Shown here: piece after piece, positions 18,281-28,384 of the stretch
How the letters are laid out: every line of letters starts with the position of its first letter
Position numbering within the stretch: position 1 is the first letter of the stretch
Assembly (NCBI GenBank): GCA_041661265.1
Contig: JBAZUT010000002.1
Coordinates: forward strand, 12,316 to 76,315
Direction of reading: 5' to 3'
Length of the DNA: 64,000 bases
Source of the DNA: Minisyncoccota bacterium
Lineage (GTDB): Bacteria > Patescibacteriota > Minisyncoccia > JAHIHE01 > JAGLIN01
The notes under the pieces: generated by a model
Database searches by the model: none
What the model was told of the DNA's origin: nothing
What the model saw: the letters and a program-made list of their open reading frames with translations, nothing else
Program-made: the position numbers and the translations under genes

Positions 18281-18316
18281 GAGATTGCTTCTCCGCCCTG
18301 GGCGGATCGCAATGAC
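18281..18316. repeat. 36-bp hairpin repeat GAGATTGCTTCTCCGCCCTGGGCGGATCGCAATGAC (copy 3)
   Basis: Seen in the sequence. It is preceded by gaaattagaaattgaaaattagaaattt, which is inverted relative to aattttcaatttctaatttctaattt at 17655-17680. Confidence 0.8.
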
Positions 18317-18327
18317 AAACTGCGATA

Positions 18328-19581
18328 TTATTTCTGTCTATACGTTACTCGATAAACCACCCCCGCCCTATCGTCGGAAATATACAAAGTTCCGCCCGGA
18401 AGCGCGAGAATATCAACCGGACGTCCGAGCGCCCCATCGCTTGTCAGCCACCCTGCCATAAAGTCTTCTTCGCCAAGATACTTTCCATCCTTATCAAGCT
18501 TATATCTTACGATCTTATATCCCGCCGGAGTGCTCCGATTCCACGATCCGTGATATGCGACCAGAAGGTTATACCACATATCTTCGGGCCAGCCTTCCTC
18601 GGGAATATAGGCGAGCCCCAGCGGAGCGGAGTGCGCCGGAATGTCTATATATGATGGAGTCTCAAAAGGCTCCATGCATGGATTCCGGATATAGGTGTTC
18701 TTGTCGAAATCCGCGTCATGTATATTTTTTCCATAGCAAATAGGCCATCCGTAATTCTTGCCGTCTTCGATTATATTTATCTCATCCGGAGGAAGATCAT
18801 CTCCAAGAAAGTCCCTTCCCATTTCTGTCGCCCAAATTTTTCCGTTCACCGGATGAATTGCCATGAATACTGAATTACGAAGCCCGGTCGCAAAATCCTT
18901 GAGATCTTTTGTCCCCAGGTCATAAACCAATATTTTCGCCCGGTCCGCATTCTTTTCGACGCAGACATCGCACGAAGAACCGACGGATATCAGAAGCTTA
19001 TTCTCGTCGGGACTCGGCATGAACATGATCGTGCGGGTGATGTGCCGGCCGTCCGCGGGCAGATCAACGATCTTTTTCACGTTCGTCGCCGTCAAATTCG
19101 CTTTGTCGAAATCAAACTCTGAAACTTTGTCCGTCTCGGCAATATACATCTTGCATTTTTCATCTCCCCCTTCCGCCGCCTCGCACTTGAAAGCAAATCC
19201 ATGGGGATCGTTCAGATTTTCCGCAACGACACGATTCTCCTCCGCAACGCCGTCATTATTACCGTCGATCAGCGCGTATATCTTTCCCTTGCCCGGGACG
19301 CTGACAAAAAGCGATCCTCCCGGCGCGAATTGAAGCACTCTCGGGTCCCCAAGGTCTTTGGCATAGACCGATACGATTGATCCGTCTTTTATGGACAGGG
19401 GTTTCTTTCCCTCCTTTATGATATCAACGATATTCTCAGAAGGTCTTTTGACGATCGGCCAGACTCCGCTGAAATTTATCCATAGGAAAATTACGACATA
19501 CGACAAAACCACGACCAGAATAATGATCACCAAATACTTGATTGTCTTTCTGTTTATAATTTTCAGTTGGATTGGATCCAT
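18328..19581 (-). CDS. PQQ-dependent soluble sugar (glucose/sorbosone) dehydrogenase-like beta-propeller protein, membrane-anchored
   Basis: N-terminal TM helix. Motifs (HGFAF, GRPVDILALPGGTLYISDD, WPEDMW) are typical of the sGDH/YliI family. Confidence 0.6.
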   Translation of the reverse strand: MDPIQLKIINRKTIKYLVIIILVVVLSYVVIFLWINFSGVWPIVKRPSENIVDIIKEGKKPLSIKDGSIVSVYAKDLGDPRVLQFAPGGSLFVSVPGKGKIYALIDGNNDGVAEENRVVAENLNDPHGFAFKCEAAEGGDEKCKMYIAETDKVSEFDFDKANLTATNVKKIVDLPADGRHITRTIMFMPSPDENKLLISVGSSCDVCVEKNADRAKILVYDLGTKDLKDFATGLRNSVFMAIHPVNGKIWATEMGRDFLGDDLPPDEINIIEDGKNYGWPICYGKNIHDADFDKNTYIRNPCMEPFETPSYIDIPAHSAPLGLAYIPEEGWPEDMWYNLLVAYHGSWNRSTPAGYKIVRYKLDKDGKYLGEEDFMAGWLTSDGALGRPVDILALPGGTLYISDDRAGVVYRVTYRQK

Positions 19582-19673
19582 TGTCTCAATTTAATAAATT
19601 ATTTCATCCTGCTATTCGCCTGAAGCCCGCATGTCACAGGATAAACTCCAGCAGGAATCCAGAGCAGCAACGC

Positions 19674-19716
19674 TGTCATCCCTGACTTGCCTGTCCGCCT
19701 TTGGAGGAATCAGGGA
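19674..19716. repeat. 43-bp palindromic element gtcatccctgacttgcctgtccgcctttggaggaatcagggat (direct-repeat partner at 20204..20246)
   Basis: The two near-identical same-orientation copies bracket GIY-YIG gene 2 together with ~480 bp of hairpin-rich DNA. Confidence 0.75.
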
Positions 19717-19896
19717 TCCAGGGCCGTATTCTCGATTCCTGGATTCCGGCTCTTTGGCCGGAATGACTCGTGTTTGTCATTCCCGTGAAAACGGGAATCC
19801 AGGTTTCGTATTTAATCCAAGTTCTGGATACCCGCGTTCGCGAGTATGACAAGGTGGATAGATTCCGGCTCTTCGGCCGGAATAACACTTCTTGCA

Positions 19897-20187
19897 TCAT
19901 TCTAATAAATTCCGATATAGATCTTTCCATTCAGGATTTGACTTCTCGATCAATTCTATCTTCCATTTTCTTTTCCATTTCTTAAGAAGCTTTTCTCTTT
20001 CAATAGCACTTCCTATATCAATTGCATCTTCGTAATATACAAGATTATGAACAGAATATCTTTTTGTAAATCCATCTATTAAATTATTTTTGTGCTCGGA
20101 AATCCTTCGTATCAGATCATTCGTTATACCGATATACAAAGTTCCATTTCTTTTACTTGCAAGAATATAAATAAAATAACGTTTCAT
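19897..20187 (-). CDS. GIY-YIG nuclease-domain mini-protein (96 aa), paralog of 17771..18058
   Basis: MKRYFIYILASKRNGTLYIGITNDLIRRISEHK is the GIY-YIG motif. The ORF-track start at 20208 lies inside the 43-bp repeat, so the start was re-placed at the ATG at 20187. Confidence 0.7.
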   Translation of the reverse strand: MKRYFIYILASKRNGTLYIGITNDLIRRISEHKNNLIDGFTKRYSVHNLVYYEDAIDIGSAIEREKLLKKWKRKWKIELIEKSNPEWKDLYRNLLE

Positions 20188-20203
20188 GAATGTTTTTTTA
20201 TAT

Positions 20204-20246
20204 GTCATCCCTGACTTGCCTGTCCGCCTTTGGAGGAATCAGGGAC
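20204..20246. repeat. 43-bp palindromic element, second copy (tgtcatccctgacttgcctgtccgcctttggaggaatcagggac)
   Basis: Seen in the sequence. It is followed by further hairpins (attccgtgtcaagcacggaatgac and gtcattcctgccccgtatcagatacggg...ggaatgaca). Confidence 0.75.
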
Positions 20247-20403
20247 CCGCTCGATTCATGGATTCCGTGTCAAGCACGGAATGACAAAATAAACAAATAC
20301 CCTTTACTAGTAAGTGCAACATATCAGATTTGTCATTCCTGCCCCGTATCAGATACGGGATAAACTCCAGCAGGAATCCGGAATGACAAGATGCATGAAT
20401 GGA

Positions 20404-20844
20404 TCAAGATTCCCGACTCTCGCTCCTCCAAAATATTTTCTTATCCTTCAACCACTCCGCAACCGCTTTCTTCAACGATACCGGCAGAACTTTTTTCCCA
20501 GCGAATTCATCAAGGGAAAGCAGCTCGAACTCCAGATGATCTTCTCTGCTCTTGAACTCATACTGAAACACCTCGGCTTCGAAAACAAGATTTATTTCAT
20601 GATGTTCATATGAATCCCTGAAAATATTTTCCACCGCGCCAATGAATGCCGTTTTTCCGATCCTTGCTCCCAACTCTTCAAGGAATTCTCTCTTGAGAGC
20701 AATTTCCGTCCTCTCGCCTTTTTCAACATGCCCGCCCGGAAAAAAATAATGGCCTTTTTCCTTCGCCCTGCAAAGCAAGATCTTTCCGTTTTGGACAACG
20801 ACCGCCCTTGCGATCACTTCGAAATTTTCCGGATGTTCCGACAT
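20404..20844 (-). CDS. NUDIX hydrolase
   Basis: Nudix box GGHVEKGERTEIALKREFLEELG. Confidence 0.85.
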   Translation of the reverse strand: MSEHPENFEVIARAVVVQNGKILLCRAKEKGHYFFPGGHVEKGERTEIALKREFLEELGARIGKTAFIGAVENIFRDSYEHHEINLVFEAEVFQYEFKSREDHLEFELLSLDEFAGKKVLPVSLKKAVAEWLKDKKIFWRSESRES

Positions 20845-20845
20845 A

Positions 20846-21577
20846 TCATTTTAATTTATTTATTAGCTTTTCAAGATATTCTTTGGCCATAAGCTGTTCT
20901 TCTATGCTGTTTTCAAGTTCTATCGCCACAAAATCGGAAAAATACTTCCGCGGATAGTTCTTGAGGTAATCGAATTCAGATAGGTCTGCATATTCATGCG
21001 AATCATATCGGATGCTCAATCGGTCATATTTGCTTCCATCGTCGCTTCTAGTTTCTTTTTTAATTGCGCTCAAATGATTGCATCCGATACGGTATCTTTC
21101 CATAAGGTCTATATTATGCTTGTATTTCTCCTTGTACAATATCCTGTCGTTCTCAAGATGCGAGAAATCGACGCAGATCCCCGCGAACTTTTTGATCTCC
21201 TCTTCGTCCAAGGGATAATATATATTCTCGACATAGATCATCTGGGCATATTTGGAATAGTCAAATGCGAAAGGATATTCCCTGTTCGTATGCACATTGA
21301 ATACCCGGGTTTTGAATCTTTTTACAAGATATTCTATTTCCACAGGACCCATGTCACTCCTCAGGTGCACATATGGTATGCTTTTCACCGACGATCTCTC
21401 CAGTATCCCATAGACTTCCTTTCTTTTCACAGGATCAAGACACGTCGGAAAAAACGCAACCTCCTCAAGGGCTAGTCTGTTTATTTCGCCGATCTTATCC
21501 TTCCATTTCGATCCGGATATCGTCGTTATCGTGGGAAGCAGCTTCACAAGATGCCCGCTCCCTTCATTTTTTTTCAT
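20846..21577 (-). CDS. Hypothetical protein (243 aa)
   Basis: Intact ORF abutting the NUDIX gene with a 1-bp gap. No motif recognised. Confidence 0.5.
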   Translation of the reverse strand: MKKNEGSGHLVKLLPTITTISGSKWKDKIGEINRLALEEVAFFPTCLDPVKRKEVYGILERSSVKSIPYVHLRSDMGPVEIEYLVKRFKTRVFNVHTNREYPFAFDYSKYAQMIYVENIYYPLDEEEIKKFAGICVDFSHLENDRILYKEKYKHNIDLMERYRIGCNHLSAIKKETRSDDGSKYDRLSIRYDSHEYADLSEFDYLKNYPRKYFSDFVAIELENSIEEQLMAKEYLEKLINKLK

Positions 21578-22005
21578 TTGATATTTTCATTATTTTTAGG
21601 ACCGGCCTCAGCATTCCTGGCGATCACGCTCACACCGACCAAAAAAGAGATCACCGCGTATATGAATGCGAATATTTTCAATGTGAAAAGCCCCGAGACG
21701 TTGCTTAGGAAGAATATCGGATCAAGAACCGCCTTCGTCATCATCAGGGAACCGGCATTCATGCTCCCTCCTTGCGGTACAAAAAATATAAAATAGAATA
21801 TCAGCAGAGCGGGCAAAAGGAAAAACAGCACTGAAAACATTATAGCGACGATCCGAAGGAACAACGAATGATGCCCCGAATTCAAAAGACCTCTATACAT
21901 ATCCCCCTCCATGCGTATCGTTTGCATCGGATCAAAACTTCCGTTCGGGATCCCAAGTTCTTCGGGAGTAGGGATCTTTTCATCTTTGTTGATCTCTTCC
22001 GCCAT
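21574..22005 (-). CDS. Hypothetical membrane protein (143 aa)
   Basis: Two or three hydrophobic helices. Overlaps the downstream gene by 4 bp (operon-like). Confidence 0.5.
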   Translation of the reverse strand: MAEEINKDEKIPTPEELGIPNGSFDPMQTIRMEGDMYRGLLNSGHHSLFLRIVAIMFSVLFFLLPALLIFYFIFFVPQGGSMNAGSLMMTKAVLDPIFFLSNVSGLFTLKIFAFIYAVISFLVGVSVIARNAEAGPKNNENIK

Positions 22006-22009
22006 AATT

Positions 22010-22438
22010 TTAATTCCTTAAAAGGCTTATTCCCAGACCCGAGATCTTGCTTCCGGCATATATCAGAATGAAAATGAATATGGACCAGCTCGAAAGATTC
22101 ATCAGTTTCGGGATCAGGTCCGCCGGAACCAATTTATCAAATTGCTCGCTTATGCTGTTTTGGACCATGGCCTGAGTTTGAGCTTGCTGCTGCGCCTGAA
22201 GATCCTTCAGCTGGGCCGGACTGAGATTCTGCAATTTTGACGGATCGATAGTTTCGATCTTGGAAGAATCCGCCGCCGCATTTTGCGCCTTCTCTGAAAC
22301 TGCCGGAGTTGCAAATATCTCCGGGGCCTTCGTTTTTCCCGTGAAAACCGAGTATGAGGAATATATTCCCCAGAAGATCACAGCCAGCCCCAGGCCAAGA
22401 AGCGCCCATCCGGCTATTTTGTTTTGCGCTGAATCCAT
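22010..22438 (-). CDS. Hypothetical membrane protein with Gln/Ala-rich segment (142 aa)
   Basis: N- and C-terminal hydrophobic helices flank the low-complexity segment QAQQQAQTQAMVQ. Confidence 0.5.
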   Translation of the reverse strand: MDSAQNKIAGWALLGLGLAVIFWGIYSSYSVFTGKTKAPEIFATPAVSEKAQNAAADSSKIETIDPSKLQNLSPAQLKDLQAQQQAQTQAMVQNSISEQFDKLVPADLIPKLMNLSSWSIFIFILIYAGSKISGLGISLLRN

Positions 22439-22454
22439 ATTTTTATGTTAATAT

Positions 22455-23207
22455 TTAATCTTCATATTTTGAAGCTTCTTTTCTGTATCTGCAATAATCG
22501 CAATCCTCGCCGGCCTCCGGCAACGATCTTCCAACAAGACAGAGATGCGCGTCTGTTATTGCCTGTTCGATCCAATCTCCGCTACCGGTATATGGGATGA
22601 TCTTTATGTCGAATTCCAGTTTGGCATCAAAAGCCTCTTTATCCGCATCGCCGTTGCAATATACGAAATATCCCGTATCGGAAACCTTGAAACCGTTCTT
22701 TTTGAAAAGCCACTGATAGACCTCCATCTGGCGCTTATATCCGATCTGCCAGGGCGCATCCAGATTCACTTCCTCCGTTTTTGAAGTGGCCTTGTAGTCA
22801 ACGATGATAAGCTCTCCGTCCCGGTTCGCCCAGACATCGTCAACTCCTCCCGTGATCAGGAAATTCGTCGGCTTGTGATGATATTGGATCCCCCTTCGGA
22901 GCGAATCTCTCCATTCATCCATCTTTTCGTGCCGGAATGGGACCGCATCGATGCCGTATGCTTTCATAAGTGGATGCGCGGTTTGCTTTGCTCTGTGAAT
23001 GTCGAACTCCTTCTTCAGGAGCGAATCGACCGCCGAATTCAGGCTGAACGGGAATCCCGGAGGCTGAGCAACACCTAATCTCCGGTCAAGATAGAAACAC
23101 CTGGGACAATTCAAAAACAGATCGATCTTTGACCGGCTCAATCTGAACGGCTTGTCCGAATCCGGATCGAACGCGCCTTTTTTTCTTGGATTATAATATT
23201 TCGTCAT
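22455..23207 (-). CDS. PD-(D/E)XK nuclease with Cas4/RecB-like Cys cluster (250 aa)
   Basis: GGVDDVW...DGELIIVDYKAT fits a D...(D/E)xK active site. An N-terminal CPRC and a C-terminal C-x12-CDYC are consistent with the Cas4-type Fe-S arrangement. No CRISPR array or other cas genes are nearby. Confidence 0.6.
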   Translation of the reverse strand: MTKYYNPRKKGAFDPDSDKPFRLSRSKIDLFLNCPRCFYLDRRLGVAQPPGFPFSLNSAVDSLLKKEFDIHRAKQTAHPLMKAYGIDAVPFRHEKMDEWRDSLRRGIQYHHKPTNFLITGGVDDVWANRDGELIIVDYKATSKTEEVNLDAPWQIGYKRQMEVYQWLFKKNGFKVSDTGYFVYCNGDADKEAFDAKLEFDIKIIPYTGSGDWIEQAITDAHLCLVGRSLPEAGEDCDYCRYRKEASKYED

Positions 23208-23306
23208 AATAGTGCTGATTCGCTGGACTTGACCTTATTGAAATTATACCTTAAATGGTGATAAAATAAAAGTCGGCTAACTTATTAGCCGATATGGGTT
23301 TTGCTC

Positions 23307-23810
23307 TTATTTTTTGATCCAGGACTTCTTCATGATCTTTTCTTCGTGTCTCTGCTCGGATTCGATCTTCGGGAAAAATTCTCTCGCAACCTTGTCTCCA
23401 TAGATCGCTGCAAACATCTCCCTGACCACAGATTCGTTGTGGACATTGTAACCATCGGTTATCCACGCATTCTCATATAGAACGCCTTTCAATATTTCCC
23501 TGTCTTCTGCGACTCCGGAATCCTTGATCGGGATTTCCTCGATCTTATATTCCTCGCATATCACCTGTATGCCAAACGCTTTCCACATGAACGGTATCTT
23601 CGCGATGCCATACGATTCTATTGTCTCTTTGGTTTTCAATACTCTCACTATTTCTTTTTCGACAGTCATCGAAATGAATGGCTTGACGGACTCGATGACA
23701 CCCTCGATAAGAAAAGGGTTTCCTTCATAAACGACTTTCAGATTAAGCCTTTCCCCTTCTCTTTTACGAAGATCATCCATTCTTTCTTTCGAAAACGACC
23801 ATAGCGACAT
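23307..23810 (-). CDS. Hypothetical protein (167 aa)
   Basis: Intact ORF. No recognised motif. Confidence 0.45.
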   Translation of the reverse strand: MSLWSFSKERMDDLRKREGERLNLKVVYEGNPFLIEGVIESVKPFISMTVEKEIVRVLKTKETIESYGIAKIPFMWKAFGIQVICEEYKIEEIPIKDSGVAEDREILKGVLYENAWITDGYNVHNESVVREMFAAIYGDKVAREFFPKIESEQRHEEKIMKKSWIKK

Positions 23811-23918
23811 GTTTATCCCTCCGTTTTTACTGACTCAAATATAGCACAAACCTGAAAAATAAATCAAGGAGCTATTGATTTCCTGCCGGAAAAGAGTAGC
23901 ATTAATGAAGGTGATTAA

Positions 23919-24269
23919 ATGAGAAAAGGATATCTGAGCCTGATGGTCACCACAAGCATAATGCTCATGATAATATTGATCCGCACAATAAACAAAGCCG
24001 CATTGGAGGGAATATCCGTCTATATCGCATATTTGGCGGCGCTCTTGATCGCATTCATGGGCACAAAGATCAATAAAAAGAAAAAAATCGACGCGTCCGA
24101 CGGCAGAATAGCTGTTTTGTCCCTGAGCATGTTGCTCATGTCGTATATTGGCGCAACATACGCGCCATATCTCCTGGGATTTCCGGTCGCTTCCCTGTCC
24201 GCCGGCATAAACATAAAATATCTTGTGCACTCGCTCAAGAAAACAGTAAAAGAAAGTGAAGGCGATTAG
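23919..24269 (+). CDS. Small hypothetical membrane protein (116 aa)
   Basis: Three hydrophobic helices. Preferred over the overlapping antisense Cys/His-rich ORF 23835..24230. Confidence 0.4.
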   Translation: MRKGYLSLMVTTSIMLMIILIRTINKAALEGISVYIAYLAALLIAFMGTKINKKKKIDASDGRIAVLSLSMLLMSYIGATYAPYLLGFPVASLSAGINIKYLVHSLKKTVKESEGD

Positions 24270-24778
24270 CCTTTATTTTTTATTCCAGGAAGGAACATCG
24301 GAACTTCTTCCATATAGTCTTTATAATCCTTGCCAAACCTTTGAAGCAGAAACTTTTCTTCGATCTTCATCCAGCTCAAAAGAACTGCATCCATCCATAA
24401 TACACTGAGCAGGACAAAATAATCAGGATACAGGAAGAATACTCCCCATGAAAGAACGAGGTCAGCTGAATATATGGGATGCCGTACAGAAGAATATACT
24501 CCCGTCATTATCAGCTTCGTGATCCCGCTTACGCTTTTTGCAGCTTCTTTATGAACTCTTATCGCGCCCGTGAAAAAATATATCCAGTAAAACAGAGCCG
24601 GAACAAAGAAGATCTCTGTCATTTTGTTCTGAAATACGGGCTTTGATAGAATACTGCCGCCGTCCATGCCGTATTTTTTGAATAACACACTCAGGAACAT
24701 GATACCCGCGACAACGATCGCCCACATCAAAACAGGACTTGCCAGTTTTTGGGGATCAATTTTATATATCATTTTCAT
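24266..24778 (-). CDS. Isoprenylcysteine carboxyl methyltransferase (ICMT/Ste14)-family membrane methyltransferase
   Basis: Carries the RHPIY motif (SVRHPIYSADLV) and the downstream E...FG.DY..Y pattern in a multi-TM protein. Confidence 0.7.
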   Translation of the reverse strand: MKMIYKIDPQKLASPVLMWAIVVAGIMFLSVLFKKYGMDGGSILSKPVFQNKMTEIFFVPALFYWIYFFTGAIRVHKEAAKSVSGITKLIMTGVYSSVRHPIYSADLVLSWGVFFLYPDYFVLLSVLWMDAVLLSWMKIEEKFLLQRFGKDYKDYMEEVPMFLPGIKNKG

Positions 24779-25302
24779 ATGGCTGGTATTATGTATAAAA
24801 AAGCGGCTTTATTGCCGCCCTTCTTCCTTTGGATCTTCTCGGGTAATTTATTCAAAATTCCCTCGAAATCGAAAAAATCTTCATCGTCTATCATTTCCCT
24901 TTTGATCTCCAGAGGCCTCATCCGGTTCAGAGACTGCAGGTCTCCATTCGATCCGCTTTCGTTCTTCACCTCGATCAATTCGCGCTTCAGCTTGCAAAGC
25001 CTTATGGACCGATCCGTCTGGCCGGGAAACAGTATGATGAATTTTTTTCTGAACACAAGCCGTACATAATTTCCCTTGCCGGTCATCACAGGAGCCGTGC
25101 TATATCTCATCCCCTGAGATTCGAATTCTTTCGAGATGTCGCAAAGTTCATCCTCTATCGAGTAGCCTTTGCGCTCGTTGACGCTCGCCAGCAACTCGGA
25201 ATATTCCCTGTTCAGCTCCCGCATCGTTTCTTCCCGGAACAGATTTTGTATAATGTCCATTCCTCTTATCCTATCCTCGCTTCCGTTTATCCAATCATTC
25301 AT
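24775..25302 (-). CDS. Hypothetical protein (175 aa)
   Basis: Intact ORF overlapping the downstream gene by 4 bp. Confidence 0.45.
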   Translation of the reverse strand: MNDWINGSEDRIRGMDIIQNLFREETMRELNREYSELLASVNERKGYSIEDELCDISKEFESQGMRYSTAPVMTGKGNYVRLVFRKKFIILFPGQTDRSIRLCKLKRELIEVKNESGSNGDLQSLNRMRPLEIKREMIDDEDFFDFEGILNKLPEKIQRKKGGNKAAFLYIIPAI

Positions 25303-25381
25303 ATTTTTACTCCTCTTTCACAATGCTACACCCCGCATATTCTGAGTCAAAATATTTATCAACAGCCGTTTGGCCGACCGC

Positions 25382-26386
25382 TCACAAAAGCCACGAAGCA
25401 ACTGCGAAATAAATGACAACGCTCAAAGTATCCTGAATGATCGTTGCGATCGGACCGCTCGCATTGGCAGGATCGAATTTGAACTTTCCCAGCGAATATG
25501 GGATCACAAGTCCTGTAAAAAAAGATGAAAGTATAGCAACAAACAGAGCGATCCCGAGAACAACCCCCACCATCACATTGCCATACAGGATCAGGTTGAG
25601 CGCAAAAAGCGCCAAACTCGAAAGGACTGCGATCAAAAAAACCACCTTCAGATGTTTCAGAAAATATGAAAGAAAGTTGAAATTAGGCATTACGGCAAGA
25701 TCTCTGATTATGAATGCCTCCATCTGGGTTCCGACGGCATCGGCCATATAAACGATCAGAGGAATGAACGAAGCAAGTATGATATTCTTTTCGAGAGTAT
25801 CTTCAAAACCGGTGATTATCTTTGCCATAAGCACTCCGCCCAAAAGGCCGATAAAAAGCCACGGGAACCTGTGTTCAAAGGACCGGAAAACCGACAGATC
25901 GAATATATTGTCTATACCGACCTTCGATCTGTGGATACCGGCTATTTTCATGAAATCTTCCGTCGCCTCTCTGTGAACTATTGATGTTATCGCATCGTTG
26001 GAAACAACTCCCAAAAGATTATCATCCTTGTCCACAACCGGGATCGCCTTGATATTGTTCTTGAGTGCAAGATAAGCAACCCTTTCCTGGTGCGTATGGG
26101 GCCTCACGGTCACAAGCTCCGTCTTCATTATGTCTTTTACAAGCCTTTCTTTCGGTTGCCGGAAAATGTCCTTAATGCTCAACACGCCCCTTAGCTTTCT
26201 GTCTCTCCCGTCCACAACGTAAACATAGTTTATCGTTTCGAAATCCTTCATTTGCTTTTCCAAAAGCATTTCGACCTCCTTTACGGAAGAAGTGAGATTT
26301 ATGGTCGGGATCTTCGTTGTCATGATCCTGGCCGCAGAACTCGCCGTTATTTCATGATTGCCATTCCCATTTTTGCCTGTCCCCAT
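25382..26386 (-). CDS. mgtE: Magnesium transporter MgtE (CBS pair plus MgtE TM domain; short N-terminus)
   Basis: Tandem CBS domains are followed by a five-TM domain with the MgtE signature (MADAVGTQMEAFIIRDLA). Confidence 0.8.
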   Translation of the reverse strand: MGTGKNGNGNHEITASSAARIMTTKIPTINLTSSVKEVEMLLEKQMKDFETINYVYVVDGRDRKLRGVLSIKDIFRQPKERLVKDIMKTELVTVRPHTHQERVAYLALKNNIKAIPVVDKDDNLLGVVSNDAITSIVHREATEDFMKIAGIHRSKVGIDNIFDLSVFRSFEHRFPWLFIGLLGGVLMAKIITGFEDTLEKNIILASFIPLIVYMADAVGTQMEAFIIRDLAVMPNFNFLSYFLKHLKVVFLIAVLSSLALFALNLILYGNVMVGVVLGIALFVAILSSFFTGLVIPYSLGKFKFDPANASGPIATIIQDTLSVVIYFAVASWLL

Positions 26387-26619
26387 AGTTTTGAATAAAT
26401 ACTAATATATATGCTATTTTATTATACCAAATATATTTGCATTTTACCAAATAAAAAAAACAGCCTCAAAAAGCTGTTTTCAACTTTAATCCAAATCCAC
26501 CCCAACCCTCCTTTATCAAAGGAGGGAGCTGAATTCCGTAATCAATACTATCTGCCTTTAGCTTCACATTTTGAATTCCAGTTGCAAGTTTTAAATTATC
26601 AGTTATACGTTTTGGGTTG

Positions 26620-26700
26620 TTGTCGGTTTGGGCGGGAATTTTGGAGAATTGGGAGAGAATCGAGGAGAAATTGGAGAGAGCGGAGAGATTGATAAAACCT
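26620..26700. repeat. ~80-bp GGAGAG-rich repeat (ggtttgggcgggaattttggRgaattgggagag...ggagagattgataa), copy 1
   Basis: ~85% identical to 28385..28460. Each copy is preceded by a tgcaagtttt/tacaag...gtttca motif and a tgtcgg tRNA-3'-end-like segment. Confidence 0.7.
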
Positions 26701-26789
26701 TTTCTTGCAGCAATTCCATGAATTCTGTCAAAATTAGAAAAAACAGCATTCACATATGCTGTTTAATCACACAACATTAACCACTCACA

Positions 26790-27332
26790 TCAACTAACAA
26801 AACATTTAAATAACGATTCTATATTATACCAAGATCCAATAAATATCCAATAAGATAAAAATGTAAGATAAGGTGAAAATATAAAAATAAACTTATCAGA
26901 TAAAGATATTTTAAGCATCGAAAACAAGAATATAGAGATACCAGCTATTATTAGCGAGGCATAAAATGAAAAGAGAATAAAAATAAATGGCGTGACAAGT
27001 GCAAGAATCATTGCCATTGCAAGCATTAATCTTTCACGATTACCCATTCTTCCTATTTCAAATAGATACATTATAACAACGGCAATTAGAGATACAACTA
27101 TCAAAGCAAAAACAGCATTGAATAAAGAATCATAAAACTTCATTCCCATAGGTAATTGCACTATTTCGTTACATTTGCTTGAATCTCCAGTTTTATCAAA
27201 TTCCTGTATTAAATTGGAATTATTTCTACCAACATCGCTTCTGTTATAATTTTCTATAAATGCAAATAATAGAATACTTGTCAGAAGCGATAGCAGTACC
27301 AGCCCGATAGCTATTAATTTAATCTTTTTCAT
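26790..27332 (-). CDS. Hypothetical polytopic membrane protein (180 aa)
   Basis: Four or five hydrophobic helices in an AT-rich region. Confidence 0.5.
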   Translation of the reverse strand: MKKIKLIAIGLVLLSLLTSILLFAFIENYNRSDVGRNNSNLIQEFDKTGDSSKCNEIVQLPMGMKFYDSLFNAVFALIVVSLIAVVIMYLFEIGRMGNRERLMLAMAMILALVTPFIFILFSFYASLIIAGISIFLFSMLKISLSDKFIFIFSPYLTFLSYWIFIGSWYNIESLFKCFVS

Positions 27333-27428
27333 TGTTATTAAATATTATGACAATTTAATTATATTCGAATAGATCTTGAACAAATAAATTTTAGAGAAAA
27401 GAGTTTTTTGGCTCTTTTCTCTTTTCAT

Positions 27429-27887
27429 TTACATTATATTATAAGGCACCTCCCAGAACTTCAGATCTTTGTAGAAATATTCGATATCTACTTTTGATTT
27501 GCCCCATTTGGCATGCATCAGAATTTCCATTCTGACTGACTGATAAGTCCTTTGTTTATACCACTCGGGCGCATTCATTACAGAATATGCCATATCGTCC
27601 AAAAGATATGTATTCCCTGCTGCTATACTTTTTCGACCCTCATCGGTATAATAAAATCTTACTCCGAACCCGCATGGCCCAGAATTATATTTCAGATCAT
27701 ATTCTACGTAATCGACATACTTTTGCATGCTCGATGCAATTTCGCTATGTTCATAACGAACTGCGGTGTGTTCGCATGATGTTCCCTTGCTTACTGTATA
27801 GTATGTCTTTGCCTCAACTGGCATCACTGCCATTGCAATCATTACGAAGAGCAATATTGCTATTATTCCCATTCTTTTTAAGTTCAT
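27429..27887 (-). CDS. Hypothetical secreted protein with signal peptide (152 aa)
   Basis: N-terminal MNLKRMGIIAILLFVMIAMAVMPVEA is followed by a soluble Tyr/Cys-containing domain. Confidence 0.5.
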   Translation of the reverse strand: MNLKRMGIIAILLFVMIAMAVMPVEAKTYYTVSKGTSCEHTAVRYEHSEIASSMQKYVDYVEYDLKYNSGPCGFGVRFYYTDEGRKSIAAGNTYLLDDMAYSVMNAPEWYKQRTYQSVRMEILMHAKWGKSKVDIEYFYKDLKFWEVPYNIM

Positions 27888-28384
27888 CTTATCACCTTTT
27901 GTTTGCTTTGTCCTTTCTTTCTGATTTATTTTATGATTTTTTGATACTTATCATTTTACTATCATTTTTGAGCTATCCGACCTGTGTTTTTGTTTTGTCT
28001 TCGTTTTTAATGTGCTTCATTTTGATTCCTCCCGTTCTCAGCTTGAACTTTATTGATCCAATCTGATAAAATGAATTATATATATATATATATGCTGTCA
28101 ATAGTTTTCCGGGTTTATTGCATAAAGGACAGTCCTTCGGCCAAGGACTGTCCTTTTTCTGCAAAATATGATCTTGTGCGAATGCTTTTTTAATCAACAC
28201 CTTTCAAAAAGCTTCCTTCACTTTGAAACTCCCAAGTATCAAAGTGATTTATCCAAATCAAAAAAACAGCTTTAGAAAAGCCATCTTCTTCATGCTTCAT
28301 GCTTCGTGCTACAAGCTCCATATTTCATGCTCCATGTTTCATGTGCGTGTCGGGGCGACGGGATACAGCTCCGAACAATTTCAG

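Noticed and set aside
23835-24230. 131-aa Cys/His-rich ORF on the minus strand
   Set aside because: It overlaps the more plausible plus-strand membrane protein 23919..24269 and has no recognisable domain. It is likely a shadow ORF.
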